DNA of 64,000 nucleotides, from positions 1-64,000 of the forward strand of contig NW_005434582.1 of NCBI RefSeq assembly GCF_000315625.1, written 5' to 3'. The stretch comes from Guillardia theta CCMP2712. Taxonomy: Eukaryota; Protista; Cryptophyta. A program made the translations under genes and the position numbers. The notes below the pieces were generated by a model, which saw only the letters and a list, made by a program, of their open reading frames with translations, made no database searches and had not been told where the DNA came from. The first letter of the stretch is position 1; each line of letters opens with the position of its first letter. Of the stretch, positions 21,501 to 32,692 are shown in pieces.

Positions 21501-24364
21501 AATTTGAGGTGGAGACAGTGCTGGAAGGATGGGAGCACAGCATCTTCAAGTCGCTCTTTGTCGACTGGCTCACTGCGTGCGGCACCAGCAGCAAGCAGCA
21601 AGTGGCTGCCTCGAGCCCGATCGTCGACGGGAAGCAGCTGGGGAGGCAGGCGAGGGCGACCATGACCCCGACCTCCAAGGGGGTCAGGAGGAGGTCGGAC
21701 GGGCACGTGGAGCTCGTGTGCGTGCAAGGGAGGAGGTTCATCACGGCGAGGAGTATCGACCCTGTGGCAGCTGCGGTGAACAATCGTGACATATTCATCC
21801 TCGATACTGGAAGGTGCGTGTACCAAAGGAACGGCAGGCAGTCCTCCCCTCAGGCCAAGGCCAAGGCGGCAGAGATCTGCCTGGCATACGTCCAGATGCA
21901 TGCGGGGAAGGCTCTGCATGTTGTGCTGGACCCTGATGATGACAAGGAACAGACGGGAGACAGCCTGGAGTTTTGGAACAGACTGGGAGGACGAGGAAAC
22001 GATAGAGGGACTGAGGAGGAGGAGGAGGAGGAGGCAGCGCCGGATGAGAGCGAAATCAAGTCGAGGATCAAGCTCTGGAAGGTGGGGGACGGCGGGGAGG
22101 CGATGAAAGAGATCCCGAGGCCTTACAGGCAGAGCTGTCTGTGCTCCGACGGCGCGTTTGTGCTCAGCTGGGAGGAAGAGCAGCTGTTTGTCTGGACGGG
22201 GAACATCGCGTCGACCAAGACGAAGCAGAAGGCGTTTGACTGGGCGGCTGAACTGCAAAGAGAGACGGAGAAGAAGAAGAAGAAGCTGGTAGCGGTGGAG
22301 GCGGCGGTCCAGTACGGAGAGCCGCCGCTGTTTCGCTCCCATTTCATCGGGTGGATCTCCGATCGCCTGCCCGACAGGAGTAGACCTGAGGAGAAGGCCA
22401 GTCACGAGCCTGCCAACTTGAAACTGGACAGCACGAAGATCCTTGAGAAAAGAGCTTCTGAGATCGACCTGGAGGCCATGGAGGGGAGTGGAGGCGCGAC
22501 TCTGCCGCTGATCACGCCGGCTGTCAAGCACGATGATGGTAGCACTGGTTCGTGCCGAGTGTGGGTTGTAGAGCAAGGAAGGCTCAAGGAGGTGGAGGCT
22601 GAGGTGGAGAAGGGGAGGGAGGAGGAGAACGAGACGGCTAGCCGTCCGCTCGTGCTTGACAGCAGGCACTGCTACGTGATGCGATACACCTACTGCCCCG
22701 GGATCGACAGGCAGCAGACTAGGAGCATCACATACGTGTGGCAAGGACGGTGGGCGGGAAGAGCGAGCGTAGCAGCAGCGGTGATGTCGATGAATGAAGT
22801 ATCGGCATCTTCGACTTCCGCCTTCCATGACGACAAGGAGGTCGTTCAGGAGGGAAAAGAGTCGCAGCACTTCCTCATCGCCATGGGCAAGGCGCTCATC
22901 ATCACTCCAGCCGAGCACACGGACGAGGGCAGGACGGAGCAGAGGAGCAGGCTGTTCATGGTGTGCGACTTCGGCGATGCTCCGTCCTCCGGCGCAGCAG
23001 TTGGGATGGCGGTGGAGGTGAAGGCAAGGATGGAAAGTTTCTACTCAGGCGCCTGCTACTTCCTCATCCCCTCCCAAGAGGAGGCGGGAGGCAAGGGCAG
23101 CTCAGTCGTGTATGTGTGGATGGGAACCGTCGCCAGGCAGCCGATGCGTGCGCTGGCAGAGACATGCGCCCGTGCTCTCGTGACGGCAGACGTGGAGGTC
23201 AAGCAGGTGGAGGAGGGGGAGGAGACGAAGGAGTTCTTGAAATGCCTGGGGGACGCGGAGAAAATGTCAAACTATGCTCGAGTGAACTTGAACGACGGCG
23301 GGAGAGCAGCAGGAGAGCAGCTGATGGGGTTGACCCGATTGTTTCACTTCGAGATGGCTGGGACGATGGTGAGGCCGAGGGAAGTTGCTCGCCCTTCTGC
23401 TCCGGTGAGGAGGAGAGGGAGGAGGAGCAGTGGGGGATGAGTTTGGAGAGGAGGGAGGAAGAGGAAGGCAGCGTCGGAGCCGTTCTTTCCTTAGATCACA
23501 TCTGCTGTAGGACCTCCTGGAGGCGCCGACTGGGATCTGCATGGTTGACCGTGCGGTAGTCAAAAGCTGTTTGACCTAACAACGTCTCTTACTCCTCCTT
23601 GCAGGACCCAAAGAGGCTCAGTGGCAGCTTGTATGTCTGGTACGAGCGAGATTGCAGTGAACAGGTTGGAAAATTAGTCGCATCTTCGTTCTTCCTTGCT
23701 GCTGCTGCTGCACTTGCTGCTGCTGCTGCTGCAGCTGTACTTGCTGCTGCCGCCGCTGCTGCTGCGGCACCTGCGTCTGCTGCACATGCTGCGTCTGCTA
23801 CTGCTGCACCTGCTGCTGCTGCCGCTGCTGCTGCCCCTCCTCCTGCCTCCTCCTTCTCTTGTCTGTTTCTTTTGACTCGCAGTCTGCAGAGACTTCAGTC
23901 TTGCCTCTCGGTCGCCAAGCGCTACTTGGACGCTCGCAATCGTCGACTTCAGTCCCAAGGCAAACACACTATGCCCACCTGATGCTTACCTGATACTCTT
24001 GCTGACTCTTCTCGATCCTTTGACCAGGTGCGTCAACGGAGAACTACGATGAAGAACCGACGCTGATCAAGCAGGGAGAGGTGGAGAACTTCCTTGTCTC
24101 CTTTGCCACTGAGAACTTCCATCTCTCCTGCTCCTTTCCCCTCCTTCACCTCCTTCACCTCCCCTCCCTCCTTCACCTCCCCTCCCTCCTTCACCTCCAC
24201 CTCCTTCCCTTCCTTCCGCTCCTTTCCCTCCTCCCCTCACCTCGACGAACTCATCGGTCTCGCTCCTACAGGAGACGGCTGACTTCTTCCGATGCTTCAT
24301 CGGCATGGATCGCTCCTTTCAACTGCAAGACCGACCAGCTCTCCCCTCCTTCCTTTCCTCCTAG
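18591..24364 (+). CDS. PDZ + acidic linker + gelsolin/villin-repeat protein (multi-exon)
   Basis: Spliced N-terminus MAELYGIGLMF...GIQPDGP-AAESKMLSIDDVLLAVDGKNV (PDZ-like). Gelsolin motifs ILVWHGASSS, IFVWVGRES, VNNRDIFILDTG, LFVWTG, VQYGEPPLFRSHF, YVWQGR, VQEGKESQHF, VYVWMG, VEEGEETKEF and LIKQGE-ETADFFRCF. Confidence 0.85.
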
Positions 24365-24511
24365 TCTCGCGATCCGCCATGAAGGGCCAAACTGCTCCAA
24401 CTGCTCTCCAGCTCCTGACAGGCTGACGTTAGCGAGATAGTTGAGAGCGGCGGGTAGCAGCAAGTTGCGCAAGCTAGAGATCCGATCAAACAAGACTGCC
24501 GGAGCAAGACG

Positions 24512-24615
24512 ACATGTTTTCTTCAACGATTAGCAATAAATTTATGAGGTTTACAACAGCTCCCCACATGTTTTCTTCAACGATTAGCAATGAATTTATT
24601 AGGTTTACAACAGCT
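24512..24615. repeat. Two-copy ~55-bp direct repeat
   Basis: ACATGTTTTCTTCAACGATTAGCAAT(A/G)AATTTAT(G/T)AGGTTTACAACAGCTC occurs twice. Confidence 0.85.
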
Positions 24616-24634
24616 CTAGGGTCGTTCTACTCCC

Positions 24635-25162
24635 TCACTCGGGCTCCCTCAGCTGCCTCAAGAAGAACTTCTGAGCATGCGATCGCACTTGCGCCACCGT
24701 CCTCGTCCCCACGGTCTCTGCGATCAACTCGGCGACGCCATGCCCGAGGCCCACGTAGACCCTGCCGTTGCTGGTCCTGGCGTCTATGGACGAGAAGGTT
24801 CTGACGGCCTCTACAAACCTCTCGTGCTCGTCACGAGACCATGGGCGACGGTTAACCTTACGAGGACCCTGGACGTCAACCTGTGCCGTCTCAATCATCT
24901 GACATAGCTCTATCCCATCCGTCTTTGTTGCATCGTTGTGCTCGATGTCCTGCGGTATGACAGAAGCAGCTAGTCTGAACTCAGCCTCATCTGAAGACGC
25001 ACTGAAGCAACATGGAGATCCGCAGAAAGAGCCCAAGTCTGACTCGGAGCTCGAGCTTACTACGCTCAGAGCCTCGTCTGTAAAGACATCTTCGGGATAG
25101 AGCGCCGCAATGGCGTCTTCGAGGTCACAAGACTGGAGATCAAGGCTGGTTGTATCGAACAT
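24635..25162 (-). CDS. SHAQKYF-class single-repeat MYB transcription factor
   Basis: PWSRDEHERFVEAV ... IAETVGTRTVAQVRSHAQKFF; intronless, 175 aa. Confidence 0.9.
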   Translation of the reverse strand: MFDTTSLDLQSCDLEDAIAALYPEDVFTDEALSVVSSSSESDLGSFCGSPCCFSASSDEAEFRLAASVIPQDIEHNDATKTDGIELCQMIETAQVDVQGPRKVNRRPWSRDEHERFVEAVRTFSSIDARTSNGRVYVGLGHGVAELIAETVGTRTVAQVRSHAQKFFLRQLREPE

Positions 25163-25194
25163 GACAGGCAGATGAGACGAGCAAGGTGGTTGAG

Positions 25195-25251
25195 GAGGAG
25201 GAGCAGGAGCAGGAGCAGGAGAAGGAGCAGTAGGAGCAGGAATAAGAGAAG

Positions 25252-25323
<72 letters not shown>

Positions 25324-25333
25324 GAGCAGCAGT

Positions 25334-25370
<37 letters not shown>

Positions 25371-25390
25371 CAGGCAGGAGCAGGAGCGCA
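25195..25390. repeat. (AGT)n microsatellite flanked by (GGAGCA)n
   Basis: Seen directly upstream of the MYB gene. Confidence 0.9.
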
Positions 25391-26107
25391 GGCAGGGGCG
25401 GGGGCAGGTCTTATGGAGGAGCGGACGACGGAGGGATTGCAGTTTTATCGTCTCTAGCGAGAAGGGTTAATAATACTTTTATATCTGCACCTGTCAGCAA
25501 CGACAGGATATGCTCGAGGAGCACGTCGAGACATGACTCTGTTCACCTTGGATGACAGGGATTGAGGGGGGTGGGGTGGTGTCACGTGCTATAGTAAAGA
25601 TATATCAAGAATAAAATAAATATAAATTGGGACAAGATATCTTTAAAACCCCCTTGCGTTGCACCTGCCCCCTCCCTTGCACCTCCTGCACCTTATCAGC
25701 TCCCCGCCCCCTGTTCTCCTTATGTGAAACCTTCCTCGTGACTGTTTATCCTCCTCCTCCTCCCCCCTCCCCCCATCTCCTCCATCACCTTCTCCCCTTC
25801 TCTTGACGCCTTAAGTGACACTTCTTTCATACGAACTCCTGGCGCCCTGTGATGGGTTGCCGTAGACCTCTCCTGTTCAAGGTTTCTCTTGCTCCTGCAC
25901 TTCACTCTGCTTGGAGTGGTTCGCTGTAACCAAGCTGATCCGATCGCGCAATGATGATCATTACCTGATAACAGTGACGCAAATGATGCCTTTCAGAACG
26001 CTGACCCAAAAACCGGAAGGTGTATGTTATACACGTTCGATTAACACATTTAGTACATTACAAAGATTCTCTACTCGATTGATAATCACGACATGTATTT
26101 TCTTCCT

Positions 26108-29100
26108 TCACTCCTGCTGCTCTCCTTCCTTCGTACCCTCCTGGCTCTGATCTTTCCCGTCCACATCCTCTACCTGTGGTTCCTCTATTCCTTGGCTCTC
26201 ACCCGCAGATGTAACTCCCTTTTTCGATTCACCTTCCTCTTCACCTTCATCAGGCGTCTTCTCAACCCCCTCCTCCGTCCCTCCTCCTTGCACCGTCCCA
26301 CCCTCTGAAGCAGCTCCTGCCCCTCCTCCAGCTCCTGCCTCCAGCACCGCGTCTTTGATGTCAGTCTTGTCTGCTGGAGCTGTAGCCGGTGCTGGTGCCT
26401 CCTCCCCATCAGTAGGATTCGCAGTGCTGTCGACTTCTCCCTCCTGTTCTGCCACGGCTAGTTGATCCTCCACTCTCCGCTCCTGTTGATCTGCGCCTGC
26501 TACTGTAGTCGCAGCTCCTTCTTCTCCTTGCACAGAAGCCATCTCCTCCTCCTCCTCCACTGCCTCCTGCGGTAATCGAGGAGAAGCCTCTCCCACCTCG
26601 GCTGCAGCTCCAGCTCCATCCATGCCCACAAGCTCCTCGGGCACTCCCGTCTCGTTCCCTTCAGCAACGGCTGTCTCCTGTTGCAGAGGAGACAGCATTT
26701 CAGCTGCAGCTCCTTCCTGTCTTGCGTCGGCGCTCGCCGCCTCCTCCTGCTCTGCTGCTGCCATGGCAGCGTCCACGTCCTCTACCGCCTGCTCCACCGC
26801 GTTCATCGACTCTTCCTCTGCTGTCTGAATCATCTCAGCCTCCTCCTCGTTAGCATCGTGCCTTCCTTCGTCTCCCTTGGTGCTGTCATCCGTTGCCTGC
26901 TGCTGCTGCTCCTCCTCACCCCCGATGTCCTCTTCATTTTGCTGCTGCTGCTGCTCCTGCCACTGGACGCTCTCGTCGGCATCTGCTGGGTTTGCCGCGT
27001 TCGACTCTTCTCCACCCTGAGCACCGATGTCTTGGCCAGCGACATCCTCCTCCCCAATCTGCTCCTCCTCGATCTGCTCCTGTTCAATCTGCTCCTGTTC
27101 GTCGAGCTCTTGCGACAGGTTCACTTCATCTTGGTCTTCCACAGGGTCGACCTCCTCCCTCCTCTCCTCTCCCTCCATCCTGCTGTCTCTGACTTCCACG
27201 TCTCCATCTTCTACTTCCAAGATCTCTTCCTCCTCCACTACATCCCTCTTCCCGCTCTCTCCCAGCTCACTAGACTCTCTATGCTGAGCGCTCTCCTTTT
27301 CCTGGTCTTCCTGACCCTCTCCTCCCAATCTTCCATCATCCGCTCTCCCCTCCTGCCCCTCCTCCTGGCTTTGAGCTCGTTCCTTCACTTTCGCCTTAAC
27401 GCCATCTGCCCTTTCCTCCTCCTCCTTCTCCTCCTCCTCCTCCTCCTCCTCCTCCCCACTGGCTTCATCCTGTTCAAGGGCAGCGTCACTCGCGAGGAGG
27501 CCATGGCAGCTTCCATACCTCGTACTCGGCTGACTTTGCGTCTCTCTCGTCATAATCTTCGTTCAAATCTCGCTGCAAGTGCACAAGGTAAGGGAGGATA
27601 AAGACAAGGCAAGACAAGGCAAAAACACACACCACAGAGCAACACAGCAACACAGCAACACAGAGAGCAACAGAGCAACACAGAGCAATGCATCTGTTCT
27701 ATCTTGTTGTCCCTTGTCTCCATCCCATCTCACCTGGGGATTAATTGCTACAGCAGAGGTTCCATGCTCAACCTCGTTGAGCCGCCGCCGCAGTTCCTCG
27801 ATCTGAAGGAGGAAGAGACACTATCAGCAAACGAGAAGGAAGGAAGGGACAAGGAAGGGAAGGGACAAGGAAGAAATGATTGGAGGAAGGGATGGTATGT
27901 TTAGAACGGCAGGAGCCGGGATCTACCTGTTTGATAAGTGAATTCTCTTTTGCTCTTTCCTGCGAGCCGATCGCCCTGACAGTTTTCTTGATGTCCAAGA
28001 TTTCCTCCCACTGCCTCTCGTTCGCAGTGTGCAGATCTGACATTTCAGATCAGACGGTATGGAGCCAGGAAGAGGGGAGGGGAGGGGAAGAGTAAAGGAA
28101 GGCAGGGAGAGAACAGGGAAGTTGATTGGAGTAGGAGGACTGAGGAGAAGAGAGGAGAGGAGAGGAGAGGAGAGGAGAGGAGAGGAGAGGAGAGGAGAGA
28201 GGATGGGATGGGATAGAATGAAGAGAGGGGATAGCAGGAGGAGAGAGGAGAAATTTGCGTCATCTCACCATTCGCAAGGTCGGCAATCTTCTCTCTGTTC
28301 AAAACTTCTAACGTGTGCAACCTCTTCCCCTGCTCCTCTGTCTGCGCCTGAGAAGGGGAAGAGGGTTAGTGGAGCAAGGGAGGGAAGAAGGGAAGAGAAA
28401 ATGGAGAGTGAGGAGGTGGTGGAGGAGGAGGAGGAGAAGGAGGAGGAGGAGGAAGGGGAGGAAGAGGGGGAGGAAGAGCAGGGAGCTGTAGCACCTGTAC
28501 ATCAAGGTAGATCGCATCCATCCTAGCTGACAGCTGGTTGACGTCCTCTGACGTCCTGACCTGAGCGTGTCGGAGCCGCTGCTCCACCCCCTCCTCGAAG
28601 TTCGTCTGCTCCTGCAGCATCCTTTGTGTGACCCCCTCGTGCTCTTCCAGCCTTAGTAGGATGCTCTGCCGCGTCTGCCTCTCCTCCCGCAGGCTGGACT
28701 CCAGCTCGCTGTGTACTCGGATCAAGGAGGAGGAGACTTTCTCCCGCAGCTCTGCCATTCCCCTCGCCTGCTGCTGCTTCGTGTCCCCGAGTTGCTCCCC
28801 CTGCCGCTCTTGCACGCCCCGCAGGGCCTGCATCCCTTCCTCCATCCTCTCCGACATCATCTTCACCTGCATGCTCGTCTCCTCTTGCACCTGAGACGCC
28901 AGCGACCGGATCCTCACGCTCTCCTGCTGCATCTCCTTCCACATCCCCTGCACTGACTGCACCTTCTCCTTCATCTGCGCCGACGAGCTCTGCACGAGCT
29001 CCTTCTGCCTCTTCCTCTCCCTCTCGAACAGCATCGCAAACCCGTCCATCCTCCTCCTCATCTCCTCGCCCTCTAGCTTGCAGCCCTCCAGCCCCTCCCT

Positions 29101-29990
29101 CAGCATGCCCTCTAGCCGAAGCCGAGCTCCTTCTATCTCCTCCCGCAGGCTCCTCGTCCTCTCCTGCAGCATGGCCTGCATGGTCCCCAGCTCGCTCCTG
29201 AGCTCGCTCTCCATCCTCGCTACCCCGTCGCTCTCCCTCTCCAGCTCCTCCTTGATCGCCTTCATCACTCATTCAGCTCCTCTCTCAGACCTGCCGCCTC
29301 CTGCTGCCGCTCCCCCCGCTCTAGCTGAACCACCTGCTCCAGCGCAGAGAACTTCTCCACGCTCCCTAGCTCATACTTCCTCAGGCTGTCCAGAACCATC
29401 TGCGTCCTCCTCTCCAGCCCCGCACGCATATCCTCCTCCATCTTTCTCATCTTCTCCTCAGCAGCTCGGCACTGCCTCCCCGCCTCCCTCGCCAGCGTCT
29501 CGGCCGAGACGTTCGCCTCCTCCCTCTCCTCCAGCTCACGCTTCATCCTTTCTGTCTGGTTCTGCAGCTCCTGCTCGAAGAGCCTCCTGCTCCTCTGGAC
29601 TTCTGCCATCACATCCCGCAACTTCACCTCCATCTCTGTCTTCAGCTGCAGCAGCGAGTTCGACGCCGTGGCCTCCCTCCTGTCCAGCGATCGCGTGTTC
29701 GCTTCTCCCGCCTGCAACCTGCTCTCCATCGCGCTCATCCTCCTCGCCATAGCCTCTGACAGCTGCTTCACTTCCTGCTGCGTTACCTGCAGCTCCTTCC
29801 TTGCCTGACCTAGCTCCTCCATCAACGCTACATTCTCCATCAGCTGAGGAGCATGCTTCACGATGATCGACGGGAGGACCTGGCGATTTCTCTGTTCGTT
29901 CCTCTGCATCGGGTTGGCGAACCTTGGCAGGTTCTCTCTCTCGAGGTTCTGCGAAGGGTTGTAGTCGACGCCATATGGAGGATTGCTCAT
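26108..29990 (-). CDS. Long coiled-coil protein with Glu/Ala-rich C-terminus (multi-exon)
   Basis: ORFs 29265-29990, 28366-29268 and 26108-27553 plus small exons are joined by plausible GT-AG introns; heptad-rich E/R/Q/L composition. Confidence 0.7.
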
Positions 29991-31405
29991 GGTCTACAGC
30001 AAGGGAAGACAGCTTTTGAGTATAGGGATGGGGGGTTAGGAGTTTCAAGAGCGACGCGATCGCATCAGTCGTCCTGTCTTGCCGTCTTCGTCTTCCTGTA
30101 CCATCAGTCACGAGTGTGAACAAGACAGAAAACTCAAAGCAGGTGAAGAGGTTTCTAAGATCGCCCCCTCTCTTTAGCCTTCCCTTCTCGTAGCTATGTT
30201 TGACACCGAGCTCACTCCGCAACCCCAGTCTTCCGAGCCTTGATCTGTGTTCGACACCTTGCCCGCATGCACATCATCTCGTCTATCTGCCTGTCTGTCT
30301 ACCTGTCTACCCTCCTCTCTTCCTCTCTTTCTCCCTCCTCTCCCCGACCCTTCCGTACTGCCATGAAAATTTTTCGATTTCCGTTGGAGGTTGTATGAGG
30401 GGGATGAAGTAAGTCTGGGGCCTGTGTGGGTATGAGGGTATTCTAGCTCTGTTGTATGGGATGAGGGTTTAGAGCTGAAGATCTCTACTCCCCGTGATAG
30501 CTCATTTTTATTATTATCTCACTTATGAAATAATCTATCTATACCCCATAGGTTTCTTTGTCTGCAATCAGCAGACCACACCAAAAGGTCACCCCACCCC
30601 ATCTCGCCACCCAACCCCCCACCACCATCAAGTGGTCTGACAACCCCACCCACCATGAGGAATCTGGAGCCTACGGTTGGTCTTCTCTCATGTATATCAT
30701 CATATCATATAGACTCATTTAATGAAATTGATACCTTTGAGCACCTGAAATTCCCTTTCCCAATCTGGATTGCCCTACCTTGCAGTATAACCCCATGGTG
30801 TCCACATCTTACCCTACCCTGCAGAGAAACTCAATAATGTACCAGGTACCCTCCCACCCCTTCAACACCCAATAGTCAACAAGTCTTCCATTGCCATCAT
30901 ATCGTGTGTATGCTGAAATTTCATATTGGATTACATAAGAAATCAGGTACCTTTGGACACTTTTTCCAAGATCAAACCGAGCAGCAATGGACACCCGTAC
31001 TCTATCCCCCTGGAACCCCTGGACCTCCCAGTCATCACCTACGACCAGGCCGCAATGGGGATCCGACCCAACGAGGGAGGGAGGACGAGGAGGAGCGGGA
31101 GTGGGAGAGGGGGGAGGCGCTTCAAAGAGAGGAGAGAGGAGAGAGGCACGAATGACAGGACAAGGATGCAAAAAGGTAGGAGTGAGGGAGGGAGAAGCAA
31201 AGGAGGACATGCAAACGAAAGCGAAAAAATGAGCTAGTGAAGGTGGCAGTAAGTGAACCAAGTTTGAGAAGAAGTGCGGGTAAACAGGAGGAGGTTGTCT
31301 GCTATAGATCGAGCATATCTAACGGATATTACGTGCCATAGTCTGCTATATCACGTGCCAAAGAAACTAACATAGCTCTCCACAGCCAGTTGATATCAGC
31401 CTGGC

Positions 31406-32447
31406 ATGGGGCAGTGCTTTAGTCGATGCTTTGGTCACAATGGTGACGCGGTAAGTTCGCCGACGAGCCTCTCGACTAGAGCTGATGTGAGGCAGGACGT
31501 GGAGGAGACGCTGCTGGTTGATGATGACCTGCTCGATGTCACTCCGCAAGCATCAAGAGGTATTTTCCCACTTCCCAATGAGCACGCAAGACTAATGAGA
31601 TACAGCAGGAAGGGAGCAAGAAATTCACCAGCGGGAAAGCACGCCCGCAGAGGAAGCAGCGGCGAGGAAGAAGGCAGAGGAGGAGGCGGCAGCAAGGGAG
31701 AAGGCCAAGCAGGAGGAGGCGAAGAAGAAGGCGGAGGAGGAGGCAGCGGCGAGGAAGAAGGCAGAGGAGGAGGCGGTAGCAAGGGAGAAGGCCAAACAGG
31801 AAGAGGCGAAGAAGAAGGCAGAGGAGGAGGCAGCGGCAAGGAAGAAGGCAGAGGAGGAGGCGGCAGCAAGGGAGAAGGCCAAGCAGGAGGAGGCGAAGAA
31901 GAAGGCGGAGGAGGAGGCAGCGGCAAGGAAGAAGGCAGAGGAGGAGGCGGTAGCAAGGGAGAAGGCCAAGCAGGAGGAGGCGAAGAAGAAGGCGGAGGAG
32001 GAGGCAGCGGCGAGGAAGAAGGCAGAGGAGGAGGCGGCAGCAAGGGAGAAGGCCAAGCAGGCGGAGGCGAAGAAGAAGGCGGAGGAGGAGGCAGCGGCGA
32101 GGAAGAAGGCAGAGGAGGAGGCGGCAGCAAGGGAGAAGGCCAAGCAGGAGGAGGCGAAGAAGAAGGCGGAGGAGGAGGCAGCGGCGAGGAAGAAGGCAGA
32201 GGAGGAGGAGGCAGCAAAGAAGTCAGGCGAGGCAGGGCTTCAAAGTATGGGAGCAGTGGAGTCTGCAGAGCCTGTCGAATCTGATCAGAAAGGTGGTGAT
32301 GATCTTTCTGGTAGCCTTTTTCATTGACTCTGACTAGGTGAAGGTGCTGGTACTGCGGGGGAAGGAGCTTCTCAAAGCGGTCAGAGAGGACGAGGGCAGG
32401 GCGGGTCACGTGGAGGAGGCAAGAGAAGGGGAGGAAAGAAGAAGTAG
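31406..32447 (+). CDS. Putative myristoylated/palmitoylated protein with TolA-like EAK repeats
   Basis: N-terminus MGQCFSRCFG. After splicing, the repeat reads AEEEAAARKKAEEEAAAREKAKQEEAKKK, and the protein ends GGSRGGGKRRGGKKK* at 32445-32447. Confidence 0.6.
31650..32220 (+). repeat. 87-bp coding tandem repeat, about 6.5 copies
   Basis: 29-codon periodicity seen directly. Confidence 0.9.
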
Positions 32448-32692
32448 AGGAGTAATCGAACCCTTGGTGGTCCTCGTGCGAGAGCTCATGCAAGGCTAGA
32501 GGAATGAAAGCACAGCAACTTCCAAAAGGCACAGCAACTTCAACTTTTGGTTTAAATCTTCAAAGTTGGAAGACCAAGTCGAATCCTTCTTGTCCCATCA
32601 TTGCTCACACCTCCCTCTTCCACCCCCGCCATACCCTCACACACTTCATCCCCCTCCTTTTCCTTCACCTCCTCTTCCTCCACCATTGATGG

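Noticed and set aside
21089-22918. 609-aa antisense ORF
   Set aside because: Shadow of the GC3-rich gelsolin CDS.
25066-25555. Poly-Leu and SR-like ORFs
   Set aside because: Translations of microsatellites.
30430-31070. Lower-GC stretch as a possible retroelement relic
   Set aside because: No RT, integrase or transposase motif, LTR or TIR could be identified.
31435-32532. Pro-rich extensin-like minus ORF and Gly-rich plus frame
   Set aside because: Alternative frames of the 87-bp repeat; splice signals favour the EAK frame.
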